Assembly (NCBI GenBank): GCA_016618085.1
Contig: JABLTG010000018.1
Location: forward strand, 1-64,000
Reading direction: 5' to 3'
DNA length: 64,000 nucleotides
Source of the DNA: Neovahlkampfia damariscottae
Lineage: Eukaryota
Within the stretch, counting starts at the first letter, position 1, and every line of letters begins with the position of its first letter. Of this stretch, positions 23,866 through 40,737 are shown in pieces. The notes below the pieces were generated by a model, which saw only the letters and a list, made by a program, of their open reading frames with translations, was not told where the DNA came from and did no database searches. Made by a program: the position numbers and the translations under genes.

Positions 23866-26214
23866 ATGCAAAGAAAACTCTCTTCCTTTTCTTTTGGTAA
23901 AAGTTCTAAACCAAAAGAAGGAACTTCAAGTGCTGAAAGTTCACCAAGTTATAAAAATTTGACGAAAAACAAGAAATTTTTGGATGCAAAAAAAAGTTTT
24001 GGTTCACTTCAAAAAGAAACCAAATTCACAAAAGAAACTTTGGAAAAGTTAGCAAAAGGTTTTTATATGGCTCATCCAGATGGAAAAATGTTAAAAGATG
24101 AATTTATTAGAGAAAACCTTGAATTTAAAGGTGGAGTTAAAGAACTATGGTCATCTGTTTTTGATTTAATGGATTCTGATGAAAATGGTTATATTGATAT
24201 TAATGAATTTTTGTTAGCTAATTCTATAGCTGCTACAGGTTCTATTGAAACTAAAGTTGCATGGATGTTTAATTTATTTGATGAAGATAAAAGTGGAACA
24301 TTAGAAGAAGATGAAGTTAAAAATTTTGTTGATATGTTATTAAAAACTAATTCTAATATGTCTGATAATTTACAAAGTCGAAAAAAATTTGTTGATAAAT
24401 TATATTCAATTTTAGATGAAGAAAAGAATGGAGAAGTTACACTTGAAGATTTTATTAGAGTTGCAAGATCTAATTCACAATTAGCAGATTTAGTTAATAC
24501 ATATACACAAACTATTAGATATGAAATTGATTTTCATAATAAAAAATCAAATAATGTTAAAATTAAAAATTTTGATTCACAAGTTGCAGGACATTCAGGT
24601 GGTATAAAATCAATAATTAAAAAAGGAAAACAAATTTGGAAACCATTAAATCAAAGAGAATATGAATTTTATGAAGAAATAAAGAGTTTAAATGATTCAA
24701 AAGATATAATACCATTAAAAGAATCAATGGTTGAATATTATGGTAGAACATATATGTAAATATATATATTTAATTTTAATTAAATTTTAATTAGAGATTA
24801 TACAGATAGAGAAGATATTGGACAAATTGTACATTATTTAATGATTGATGATTTAACATATAATATGAATAAACCATGTATTATTGATTTAAAAATGGGA
24901 ACAAGAGAATATTCTGATCATGATTCAAAAAAGAAACAAATACAAAAAGTAATATTATCAAGTGTTACTTCATCCAATATATTAGGATTTAGAATATGTG
25001 GTATGAAAGTATGGAATTTAAAAGAAAAACAATATGGTACACAATCAAAAAAGAAAGCATTATTATTAAATACACAACAAGTTGAAGAATCATTAATTAC
25101 ATTTATTGATAATGGTAAAATGATTAGATATAATATTTATAAAATTGCAATTGAAAAATTAAATAAAATAAAAGAATGGTTTGAAAAACAAACAAAATAT
25201 CAATTTTATGCATCATCTATATTAATTATTTATGATGGTGATAATGATTCAAATGATAATGTAATTATAAAAATGATTGATTTTGCACATACTCAAAAAT
25301 CAAAAAATGAAAAAGATGAATCTTATTTAATTGGTTTAAATAATTTAATTACAAGATTATTGGATATTTTAAATGAAAAATTAAAATATAAAAAAAATGG
25401 AAAAGGTATTTTAATTTATCCAGAAATTGAAAAATTAAATAATTCAATTACATCAATGCAAAATAATATTGATTCCATTTTATTAAAAAATCAATCTTCA
25501 AATCAATTAAATATAAAAATGAATTTAAAATTAAAAGAAAAAGATGAAATTATAAATAAATTAAATATTGAATTAAATTTATTAAATCAAAATTTAAATT
25601 TAATTAAATCTTTTAATCATTTAAAAAATGAAAAGGATTTATTAGAAAATTATGAAACAAAATTATTATTAAAGGATATTAAAATTAAAAATTTAGAATT
25701 AAATATTGAAAGTTTAAATGAACAATTAAAAAGTGTTGAGGAATGTAGTGGTAATGTTGGGATTAATGATGAGGTTGGAATTGGGATTGGGATTAGTGAT
25801 GAGGTTAGGGTTGGGGTTAGTAGTGACAAAGTTGGGATTAGTGATGAGGTTGGAATTGGGATTAGGATTAGTGATGATTTAAAGAATAAAGAAATAAAAG
25901 AATTAAAATATAATTTAAATTTAAAAGAAGAAATAATAAATGAAAAGAATTATTTAATTAAATCATTATTAGAATATAATCAAAATTTAAAAAAAAAGAA
26001 TGAAAAATTAAATGAAATGAATGAAAAAACAATGATTTATTCATCCATATTAAATTTAAAAAATGAATTTGAAGATATTAAATCAAGAAATGAATTAAAT
26101 TTAAAATTAAAAGATGAAGAATTAAAAAAAGAAAAAGAAAAATGGGAAATGGAATTAAATAAATTAAAAAATGAATTAAAAGAAAAGAATGAAGAAATTA
26201 AAAAGAATGAATAA
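23866..26214 (+). CDS. EF-hand (NCS/recoverin-like) + inositol polyphosphate kinase + coiled-coil protein (intron 24756-24794)
   Basis: EF loops DSDENGYID, DEDKSGTLE, DEEKNGEVT; IPK motifs QVAGH, PCIIDLKMG, SSILIIYD, MIDFAH; 39-nt intron joins the two ORFs in frame. Confidence 0.85.
25750..25877 (+). repeat. G-rich degenerate tandem repeat (GGGATTAGTGATGAGGTTGGAATT-like) inside the IPK ORF
   Basis: About three imperfect copies encoding VGI(S/N)DEVGIG; sharp compositional contrast with the flanks. Confidence 0.8.
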
Positions 26215-26291
26215 TATTAATCAATAATAGTACTCACTTAATCACCTTATAATAAGATAGATAGTACTCTCATTAGTACACATTTATTGTC

Positions 26292-27314
26292 CTATAAAAA
26301 CTTTATTGAATTTTCAATAAATTTAATAATTAAATCAACATTGATATTTAAATCATTATATAAATTAAATGGATTATTTTTTTTAATATTTTCATTTAAT
26401 AAAAATTGATTCATTTTTTTTAAACAATCAAAATAAATAAACATAAAATCTACATCTCTTATAAAAGATTCAATTTTTTGTTTTTCAAATTTCTTTAATA
26501 TATCTTTTTTATCATTTCTTATTTTTTCTTTTTTTATTAAAATTACATTTAAAGATGAAATGGATGCACCACAAAAACATAAACCAATTTCATTTTCAAT
26601 ATTTAAAGATGAATTATTTGATTGCATTGAAACATTACCAATTTGTTGAAAATATGTACATATATCTCTATATAATTGATATTCATTTCCAATAGATGCT
26701 GCTTCTAAAAATTTAATACCTGCTTGAATATAAAAATGAAGCGCTCTTTTTATATTTCCTTTTTTATGTTCTTTATCTGCTTCTCTTTTTATCTCTTTAG
26801 CTCTACTTTGTAATTCTTCTTTGGTTCTTTTTTCTTTTTTTTCTTCTTTTTTTTGTTCTTTCTTTTCTTGTTTTATTTCTAATTCAAATCCATCTTCAAT
26901 AGATTTAAATTCATCATCATCATCATCATCCTCTTCATCATTTATAACATCATCAAAATTATTATAATCATTCTTAAAAAGTGGTGATTGTTTAATAATT
27001 TCAGGTAAATTTGGTGAAATACAAGGTAAACTACCTGTTAAACTTTCAACTTCTTTTAAAATTGATTTTGGACTTAATATCTTTTTTTGTTGTTTCATTT
27101 TTGGTGTTGGAAAATCTTCTTTTTCTTTTCTTTTTAATGATGATATACTACTACTATTACTACTGGTTGTTGTTGTTGTTGTTGTTGTTGTTGTTGGAGA
27201 AGGAGATGCAAAATTAGTTGTTGTTGTCATAAAACTACCATATTCATTAATTTTAAATTCATCATCCTCAAAGTTGGTATCAATCTTTAAATTTGGTGTT
27301 TTATTCTTTTTCAT
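26292..27314 (-). CDS. Hypothetical protein; C-terminal helical domain resembles the AF4/FMR2 C-terminal homology (TPR-like) domain
   Basis: Low-complexity N-terminus, then AKEIKREAD...FYIQAGIKFLEAA...LY. Confidence 0.5.
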   Translation of the reverse strand: MKKNKTPNLKIDTNFEDDEFKINEYGSFMTTTTNFASPSPTTTTTTTTTTSSNSSSISSLKRKEKEDFPTPKMKQQKKILSPKSILKEVESLTGSLPCISPNLPEIIKQSPLFKNDYNNFDDVINDEEDDDDDDEFKSIEDGFELEIKQEKKEQKKEEKKEKRTKEELQSRAKEIKREADKEHKKGNIKRALHFYIQAGIKFLEAASIGNEYQLYRDICTYFQQIGNVSMQSNNSSLNIENEIGLCFCGASISSLNVILIKKEKIRNDKKDILKKFEKQKIESFIRDVDFMFIYFDCLKKMNQFLLNENIKKNNPFNLYNDLNINVDLIIKFIENSIKFL

Positions 27315-27408
27315 TTTTTCCACTTTTTTTATTTGACTTCGTTTTTGTTTAGGTTTTATAGACCAATAAAAATTGAAATAGAATTCAAAACAATTTTTTT
27401 ATTTAAAT

Positions 27409-29654
27409 TTACATCAAACGACATTTTTCTTTCTCTTTTGAATCTTTTTGATTTGATTTTTGATTATTTAAAATTGAACCACCTGAAAATGAAGATTGAA
27501 ATTTCTTAGTTGATTTTTCAATTGGAACATGAGTATTAATAATTGGTATTGAAGTATCTTGTTGTCTAACTGAAAAAGATGTTCTTACTTCATTTAAATA
27601 TGATTCATTTAAATCTAAAGATGTTCTTCTTTCTTCTGATTTAATATATTTAAATGGAACATTAAATATAAATTTTGATGGTTTATAATTTATATTAAAT
27701 TTACCATCTAATTTTAATCCACCTCTTCTGGTATTTGTATATGAAAATATTAAACTTCCATTTTTTGAATTATAACAATCAAAAAAGGATGCACCATCAA
27801 ATCCATCATAAACAAATGATGATAAAATTACTAATAAAAATATTAAATTATATTCTTTTTTTGAATACCTTGATTTATATCTTCTTTTATTGACAAATTA
27901 AATTCTTTTTCACATTCTTCAACTTCAGAATCGAAATAACATTCATGTTGATTGGTCCATATTTCATTACCTGATTCAATATCAATACACTTTAATTCTA
28001 AATCTAATCTTGATTCTTTTGATAAAAATCTTCTATTATCTTCATATTCTCTAATTAAATATAAATGTTCACTATCATTATAAAATCTAATTCTATGTGA
28101 ATTTAATTCAATATAAGTTGTCTTCCATGCTATTTCATTCTTCCAAACTTGTTTAAATATACCTTCTTCTTTTTCATTAAATTCAAATTTAATTATAAAT
28201 CCATTTCCAAATTTCTTTTTTTTTGATTTTGTAATTAATATTATTGATTTTAATTCATTATTAATTATAATTGGATGAAATGATATTATTTTATTTTCAT
28301 TTATTTTTTTAAATGAAAATTTAAATAATTTACCATTTTCAACATTTAAAAATTCAAATAAATAATTATTTAAATAATGTTCTTTACCATTTTCTTCTTC
28401 TTCTTCTTCTTCATCTTCTTTATCCATACTCAATAAAGAATATGTAATTAAATAATTAAAATATTGAAATGTATTTGAATTATTTTTAAAATTCTTAAAA
28501 TATCTTTGATGATATAAATTACCTATTTAAATAATTAATCATAAATATTAAATACCTAATTGAGACAATTAATATTAATTATAAATACCTAATGGATCAA
28601 ATGTAAATATTTTTTCTAAATTTTCATCAATAACTCTAATTTGATTTGAATCTTTTGATAATAAACAAAATACATTTGTATTTTTTGGTTTTAAAATGAA
28701 ATGTTCATCATTATCTTTTAAAGTAATACCATTTATAAAATTATTATAAGTTGGTTCAAAAATGAATATTTTTGGTTTATCTAAATTTTAATTGGTTAAT
28801 TAATTTACCCAAAATTAAATCTAAATTTTCACCACCTTTAATTTTTTTATTTTCATTTTCATTATCTAATTTTGCATTTTCCATAATTTTTTCAATATCA
28901 AATTCTTCTTGAGATATTATAGTTTCACCACATAAACAAATTAATAAATTTTTATCCCAGACAATATCTTTAATTCTTTCTTTTTTTTTAATCATTTTTG
29001 GTGTAACTAAATCATATTTTGTACCATCCTTTTTTGAAAATGAAAATAATTCATTTGGTAAACCAATATAAATAAAATTATTATTTTGAAAAAAGAAATT
29101 AATAAATAAATACATTGGTCTTCTTGATGAATATAATTTAACTCTCCATTTCATTCGATTTAATATAAAATCAAAACATGCTAAATTATTACCAAATAAC
29201 ATATAAATACAATGTTCTTCTTTTAAATAAATATAAAATTCATTAGTATATCTAAATTGTAATTCTTTGATATCATTACTTGTCATTGGTAAACTATGAC
29301 TCTTTACTTTATTACTTATATCACTTTCAGTTGAAGTTGAAGATCCAATAATTTGAAACTCTTGTGGTACTTTTGTATATATTATTGTTGGTCTTCTTTC
29401 TGAAAATATATCATTTAATTCTTGTTCATCAAATCTATTTAAAAAATACTTTTAACTTTTTCTTCTTACGTATGTATTTTATCTCCTGTTGAAGTATCAA
29501 ATATTATATTATCAAATATTGTAATATATGATGATTTCCATCTTTTTGATTGTTCTCTTAAACATGATATTGCCCATTTTTTACTAACACCAGATAAACC
29601 TTTTTTTCTTTTTTCAAAACAACAGGTTCACTTACCTAATCTCATTTCTGACAT
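27409..29654 (-). CDS. Hypothetical beta-propeller-like protein with a C-terminal CaaX motif (CRLM), multi-intron
   Basis: ORFs 28777-29286 and 27843-28433 join through short introns; C.D..SG..IW-type blade motifs; ends KEKEKCRLM*. Confidence 0.55.
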
Positions 29655-29774
29655 TGAAACAAATTGAAAAACAAATTGTAATATTTCATCATTTTCATGA
29701 AACAGTGCAACTTGTTCACTCATCTTTTTTTTTTTGTTCTGGTCAAGTCTTTTTTTTTTATCCAATCAAATTCA

Positions 29775-31291
29775 ATGAAAAACAGAAAAGCGTTGAAACA
29801 AACTTTGTCTTTCGAAACTTTAAAAGAGAAAAAATTGAAGAATTTAAATGAAAAACAAAAGAATAAAAGAGAAAATTTATTAAAAAGAAAAAGATTTCAA
29901 GAAGAAGAAAATGAAAATGAAAACGAAAACGAAAAAACTTTAAATTTTTTTGAATTAAAGAATTTAGTCGATAATATGAAAGATAAAAACAATTTAAAAG
30001 AAATTAGAAAAATTAGTTGTACCAATGATTCATTATTCAAAGAATTTTTTAAAATACCAAATTTCTTTGAAACTTTATTTTCATTATTAAATGAAGAATC
30101 TGAAAATAATCAATTTGAAATATGTTGGATATTAACTAATATATCATGTTACTCTTATGAAGAATGTAAAATACTTTTAAATTTTTTACCAACTTTATTC
30201 ATTTTATTTTCAAATCCAAATTTAATTTTAAAAGAACAAATTTGTTGGATATTTGGTAATTTATCAATTGAATTAGAATTTAAGAATATATTAATTTCAA
30301 AGTTTAATATTTTGAATTATTTATTTGATTTATTATTATCAAATAATAATTCAATGATTAGAATATCATCTTGGACTCTATCCAATATATATAGGAATGG
30401 TGGTGATGGTGGTGATGATATTAGATCTGGGTCTGGGTTTGATAATATTTCATCATTTAAATCTAATGGATTATTGAGTATACCAATATCAAAGACTGAA
30501 TTAAATTCAATCATAAAGATATTTAAGAATTCTAATAATATAAAGAATATTATTGAAATTACATGGTTATTATCAATATTAACAGGATATGAATATGATA
30601 TTATTATTGAATTATTAAATAATGATTTAATGATAGGTTTTATGAAATGGATTCATCAAACCAAAGAACAAGATAGATTATTAATACCATTAATTAGAAT
30701 ATTAGGAAATATAATGAGAGGTCCAAATGAAATGTAAGATTAAATATAAGATTAATATTTAGAATTGATAAAGTATTAAATGATGAAATATTTCAATTTT
30801 TGTATTTTAATTTAAAGAATTCAGATGATTTTATAAAAAAAGAAGTTCTATGGGTGATTAGTAATATTTCAGGTGGAAATTTGAATCATTTGAATTTTTT
30901 ATTAAAATTTAATTTTATTAATTTAATTCAAGAAATATCATCAAATATATTGAAAAAAGAAATAATGAATAATGAAATAACTAAACAATATATGAAAATT
31001 GAAATTTGTTATTTTATAATGAATTGTTCAATATCAGTTGATTTTATAAATTTGAAAGAGAATTTTATAAACATATTTAATCAAGATATTATTCAAATTT
31101 TTAATCAAATTTTAATTTTAAATGATTCAGGGGATGATCAAATTCAACTTCAAATTTTAAAGTTTTTAATTTCCTTGACACAATATTTTCAATCAAAAGA
31201 AATGGTGGATAAATTTTTTATAAAATCAATATTACAATTAAAAAATCATGAAAATTCAAACATTATAGAATTAGTAAAATTTTTTGTTTGA
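29775..31291 (+). CDS. Divergent importin-alpha / TMCO6-like armadillo repeat protein (1 intron)
   Basis: Basic IBB-like N-terminus; EICWILTNI, EQICWIFGNL, SWTLSNI, KKEVLWVISNI. Confidence 0.75.
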
Positions 31292-31399
31292 AAAAAAATT
31301 CTCCGAGATTCTTTTTTTGAACCAATAAGAGTGTTTGAAATTGACCAATCAATTTGCCTTAATTTTTTTAGAAAAAGAGAGTAATTCGAAACAGACGAG

Positions 31400-31936
31400 A
31401 TGGTAAAAAAATATTCTAAAGAGCCAGCTAATCCAAACGCATGTAATTATAAATAAAAGAAAATTAAATGTTTTAAAATAGTCGCAAAATCACGTGCAGA
31501 CAATGTTAGAGTTTCATTCAAAAATACAAGAAATGTTGCTACTGTTTTACAAGGAATGTCATTAAGAAGATCAAAAAAATTCTTAAATAATGTACTTAGA
31601 CACAGTGAAGGTGTTCCTTTAACAAGATTTATGGGTGGTCGTGGTAGACATGCTCAAGCTAAAAATCACGGAACAAACATTTGTTCTTTTCCAACAAAAT
31701 CAGTTTACACAATGCTTAAAATTTTAAGAAATGCTGAAGCTAATGCAAAAACAAAAGGTTTAGAACCAAGTACTCTTTTCCTTTCACACGTTCAATGTAA
31801 TAGAGCTCCTCCTGTCAGAAGAAGAACTTTCAGAGCTCATGGTAGAATAGGTCCATATCAAGCTCATCCATCACATATTGAAGTTATTCTTTCTGAAAAA
31901 CCAAAAATTACATCAAAACCAGAACCAAAAGAATAA
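31400..31936 (+). CDS. RPL17: 60S ribosomal protein L17 (uL22) (1 intron)
   Basis: RVSFKNTR, GRHAQAK, RRRTFRAHGRI.PY..HPSHIE. Confidence 0.95.
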
Positions 31937-32050
31937 ATTTGAAATATAAAAATTTTTAAAAAAAAACACCCTTACTAGTTTTAATGTTTTTCTTTTCAAC
32001 TCAAATACCAATTCAAACCAACAATTTTATCCAATCAATTCATTTTTACA

Positions 32051-33385
32051 ATGTTTGAAGAAATTGAAACAACAAAAGATTCAATAAATCAATTAAAAAT
32101 TAATAGAATATTCAATATAGAATTAAAGGAATGTAAACAACCATTCTGGGTAAGATATCAAATATTTTAAAAGTTTCAAATAGAAAATGAACTTAACAAC
32201 TTCATTTGAAAATAATTTTTATATTTGTTCAGAAAATGAAATATTATATTATAAATTGAAATATAATGTTTTAGAGTTTCAAAAAAAAGAAAAACTTGAA
32301 AGTTCAATACATCAAATTAAATTTATTACTTTTTTAAATGAAAGAGTATTATACATTGTTGGTAAATAGTTAATAATAATTAATGAAAAGGTGATAATGG
32401 AATGGTTTTAATTATTAATTCAAATAATTTAAATACTATTTTAAAGATTAACAATTCAAATGAATCAACATGGAGTTTAGCCTTTAAAAATAATCTATTC
32501 ATATTTGGTGATAATTCACATAATATAAAAGGTATAATCATATATGACTAAACTATTAAAGTATATAAATATTTAACAAAAGAGTATTTCATTTTAAAAG
32601 GTCATTCAAATAATGTACCTTGTGTTGATTTATCAAATTGTGGAAAATATTTATTATCCACTTCAATTGATAAAACTATTAGAATTTGGAATGTTAAAGA
32701 AAAAAAAGAAATAGTGAATAAAAAAGTTAATCATGAATGGGGTTGGAGTTGTAAATGGATTAAAATAAATACAATTCAAAATGGATTTGAACATAAATTA
32801 AAACATTATAATGATTATATAAATGAAGAGAATGAGTTTTTAGAAGAAGATGATGATGAAGAATATGAAAATGATCTTGAAAAAAAAGATGAAATTATAT
32901 CTAATAAAGAAGAAATGAAGAATATTGAATTGAATGAATATAATATATTATATGGAACTAAATCAATGATTTATCTTTTAAATTCAAAATTAGAAATTAT
33001 TGATTCAATTTATTTTAATCCATCTTTTGATACAATATTACCATTTTGGATGCAAAATGGATTAAGTAGAGTATTATTCTTAGAATATATACCTGAATTA
33101 TCATGTGCTATTATTGGATCTTCATCATGTTCAAAATTATTATTGTTAAAAGTAAATAAAGATAAATTGATACCAATGAGTTGGATACCTGATATATATA
33201 TTATTGAAGAATTATTCACAGATGAACAAGAATTATATCCAATCTCAGGTTTTTCAATTTCAAAAGATGAAAAGAGAAAATTACAAAATTTTAGATTGTA
33301 CATCTCATTTATGAGTGGAAGAGTTTGTTTATACGAAATACAAAATACTTTAAATGATCAATTTGATATTTCCAAAATTATTTAG
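32051..33385 (+). CDS. WD40 repeat protein, CRT10-like (3 introns)
   Basis: GHSNNVPCVD...STSIDKTIRIWN followed by WGW. Confidence 0.65.
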
Positions 33386-33579
33386 AATTATTTAGAAAGA
33401 TATTGGATGATACACTTTCGATAAGAAATTGTGGAATATTTTTAATTTCAAAAGAAAATTTGGAAAAAGAGATTCTTTATTTAGATTCACAAAATCGTTG
33501 TACAATCATTTCATTTTTTTGTTACAATGTCAATGTATGAAAAAAAATAATGAACTAGCAACAAGTCAAACAAATGAAA

Positions 33580-34240
33580 ATGAAGTGAATATAATGAGTA
33601 TTTGGTGAAAGAAAACAGTCACGAGTTTGAAATCAAAGGAAAGTATAAAATAAATTGAACTGTTTATTCAAGAATTCAATCCAAAATATGTTTTAATTGA
33701 ACTTTGATTTAGAAAACATTTATTGACAGAAAAATCGAAAAATGAAGAAAAAGAAATTTCTTTTTTCAACCACAAAATTAAAAGAAAAATCAATTTTAAA
33801 GTTCTAACCTATTTTAATTTGAAAATGTCAAAGAAATTGAATGGCAATAAAAGAGTTGTCAGTTGAATTTCTAGAAATTTCAATAGTATTCATGCAAGGG
33901 ATATTTTATGTGTATTTACCAATTTTAAAGAAATTAATGGAAAATAAAAAAATGAAATGAAAAGTTTAAACAAAAAGAAATTATTGAAGACAAATCCATT
34001 CAAAGAATGAATATTGGAAGAAAAGATGATTGAAAATATTGAGGGAATGCGTACTTTGGTCAATGAAAAGGAGAATTAGAAAAAATGAAGATTAAATTAA
34101 AATTATATCAGAAGCTAAATTTAATATTATGGAAAATGAAAAGCAATCAATTGTTGTTGTTATTAGAAAAGGAAATCAAAATGGAATTGAATATTACTTG
34201 AAAAATGAAAATGAAATTCCTTTGAAAAAAGATCCAATTC
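33580..34240 (+). pseudogene. Decayed TraB-domain (TRABD-like) gene
   Basis: Fragments in TraB order: IQEFNPKYVLIEL (about 33666-33704), RTLVNEK, SIVVVIRKGNQNGIEYYL (34141-34200); many stops and frameshifts. Confidence 0.45.
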
Positions 34241-34794
34241 CAATGATCAATTTTTATTTTTATTTTAAAAATATCTTTTTATTGATTTTTATTGTATTTT
34301 GGTGAGATTTTTCATTTCAACAGAAATTACAATTTTCCAATAAAAATGAACATTCAATACAAACCTCACAAATTTTGATTTTGATTGAATTATTTAAACC
34401 GAAATATTGTGATAAAAAGGATCCGAAGCTACACTTTCAGTTGAAGGAAATACATCAAAATCAAGTGCTTCAAAATTTTGAAGTTGATTGACGAAAAATA
34501 TCCAAAGATTCATCAGAGGAATCAGTGAAACTTCTTCTGAACTGATTAAAAGAGCAGCGATTATGTTCAAAATTCTGGATAAATGAAGAAAATTCATTTT
34601 TTTTAGTTTGAAAACTGTTCATTTTACTTTTTTTTGAGAACAAAGAACAAATTGAAAAGAATAACTCAGATTCATAGCATAATTTGAATTATCCAAATAG
34701 ATATTCTGGATTTCCCAAATTTTTCTTCAGTTGAATGATATCAATTAAAAATTTAGGAAAAAAAAAATGTTTATTAACTAGGGTTGAGAATGTA

Positions 34795-38451
<3,657 letters not shown>

Positions 38452-38627
38452 TGTGAGTTTTTTGTAACGAAAAAAAAATGATTGGTGGAAAATATTTGAA
38501 TCTCAAGAAGAAATTTGATTTTAAGTTTTAGTTAAAAATATAAGTTTCTAGTTTAAAAAGAAATAACTTTATCCTGATTTAAAAAATTGAAGATATTTTA
38601 TCCAATCACCTACTGTCACACAAAAAC

Positions 38628-39466
38628 ATGAGCAAAGACGATAAAGAAACTGATTTATCTAAAATCTCAACTCAAGGAAGCTCCATCAAAACAAACAAAG
38701 AGGGTAAATTAGAAATTACTTTGGACAAAAGAGTAACCAGTAGAGCTTTCAAAGAAGTTTTAGAGTTTGATAATTTTTATTTTTTTTTAATGATTTTTAA
38801 AGATATCTTTACACTGACAGAGTGAGCTGGGATCGTGATACTGACAGTAACCTCATTTCAGAAGTGAAAGAAGCAGCTAAATATCTTCAACTTGATAGAT
38901 TAGCTATTATTTGTGAAACTTATTTAGATAGAACGAAAAATGTTGCTGTACCTGATTCAACTTGGTGGAAAAATATGAAATGGGCTTTTGAAAATTTAAG
39001 AACTGGAGATAATGCAATGTCTGATCTTACTTTAATTTGTAAATACTTTAAAAAAAAGAATTAACTTTTAAAAGGCAAAGGATCTGATGGTCAAGATGTT
39101 CAAGTACCATGTCATGCAGTTATTTTAACTTCTGCATGTAAATATTTCCATAGTATGCTTTTAGGAGAAATTGATAACGAAGAAAAAAAAACTATGAAAA
39201 TTACAGTTGAAGAAGCAACAGAAAAACAAATGTTGTCAATTTTAAAATATATTTACACAAGAGAATTTGAAGTTGATATTAAAGATGTCATTGGTGTTTG
39301 GATTTTATCAAACAAATTTTTACTTGAAGACTTACAAGTTGAATGTGAAAGTTTAATCATGAAAAACATCAATAAAGATAATGTTAAAGATATTAGAAAA
39401 ATTGCAGAAATGGTTCAATCAAAAAGAATTATGGAATTATGTGATGATATGGTTAAAAAAAAATAA
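38628..39466 (+). CDS. BTB/POZ domain protein (2 introns)
   Basis: SDLTL..., CHAVIL..AC.YF and ILKYIYT BTB patterns. Confidence 0.75.
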
Positions 39467-39570
39467 AAAGTATATTTTTTGATCCACATCAAACTGTGAT
39501 TCATAAAAAGACAAAATGTTTAACCCAAAACCAATGTTTTTATTCTCCTTTTATTTTTCTCTCTTTCTTT

Positions 39571-40643
39571 TTAATAATATAATTTAATCAATTCATCACT
39601 GACAGCTGATGGTGTAAATATTCCTAAATCTGTAAATAAAAGTGTAACAAAATCAGGTGGTGTATAATCAATTTGAGAAAATGAAAGCTCAACTTCTTTT
39701 TCTAATTTTCCTTTTATTTCTTTTTCAATTGATTGTAAACTGGATTCTTTTTTCATTCCATATTGTTCAACATCAAATTGTGTCAAAGGATATAATCTTG
39801 TAAATTTAAAACTTTCTGAAGCAACATAGAAATTTTTTTTATGAGCTTTCGCAACTTTTGAAAAAAATAAAAAAATGAAATTAATTACCGATAGCCATTT
39901 GATATGTACCAATACTATCAATAATACCACCATTTTCTACTACACCTTCTGCACCTGACAAAACAAAATCAACTGTATTAATTCTATGAGCAACTGAAGA
40001 ATCTGCAATTAAGGTCACAGGAATACCTGCTTTTGACAATAAATTTGCTGTTTTATATCCAAGAGAATGTGGTCTTCCTTCTAAAAATAATGAATTCAAA
40101 GAATAAACCTACCAGTTACAACAACTTTAAATCTTCTTCCTTTTTTTGCTGCGTTCAAAAAAATAGATATTACAGATTTTGAATAACCATGAGTCATTAT
40201 GATAGCCTTTGAAAATGTAAACTTTTTTTTTTCTTTTTTACGTCGTCTCTTATAAAATCTTCAAATAGAAGTGTAACTTTTTCAATACTTTTTTGACTAA
40301 TTTTTGTCATTTGTTGACCTCTTTCAATTAATTTCATTTTACATTCTTCAAAATCTATTGCTTCTTGTTTTGATTGTCTTGTAAGAAATCTAAGAAACAA
40401 TTGACAACCAGAGACTAAGGAAATATAATTTCCATTTAAAACTGTATCACCTTCATATTCTTGAAATACATTCTTCCAAACTTCAACAACATCTTTTAAT
40501 TCTGAATTAAGACCCATTAAAGTTATAGCTTTGCTTTTTGAAATAGCTTCAGTCAAAATTGAAATAGAAATAACAGCTAAAGGTACTTCTTCATCATCTT
40601 GTAAAATTTTTTTAAACTTATCCAAAATTTCTTCTTTTTGCAT
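39571..40643 (-). CDS. EIF2B1: Translation initiation factor eIF2B alpha subunit (3 introns)
   Basis: MTHGYS, GAEGVVENGGII..IGTYQ, ESFKF.RLYPL.Q, DYTPP, TPSAVSDELIKLY. Confidence 0.93.
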
Positions 40644-40737
40644 TATTTGTGTACCTTATTTTGTCACGTCAAGTAGATTTGATTGGAGCAAAAAAAAAAG
40701 AAAAAAAAAATTAATTTATAAAAATTTATGATACAGT

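Noticed and set aside
27145..27196. (CTA)n/(GTT)n microsatellite
   Set aside because: Ordinary poly-Thr/Ser coding low complexity
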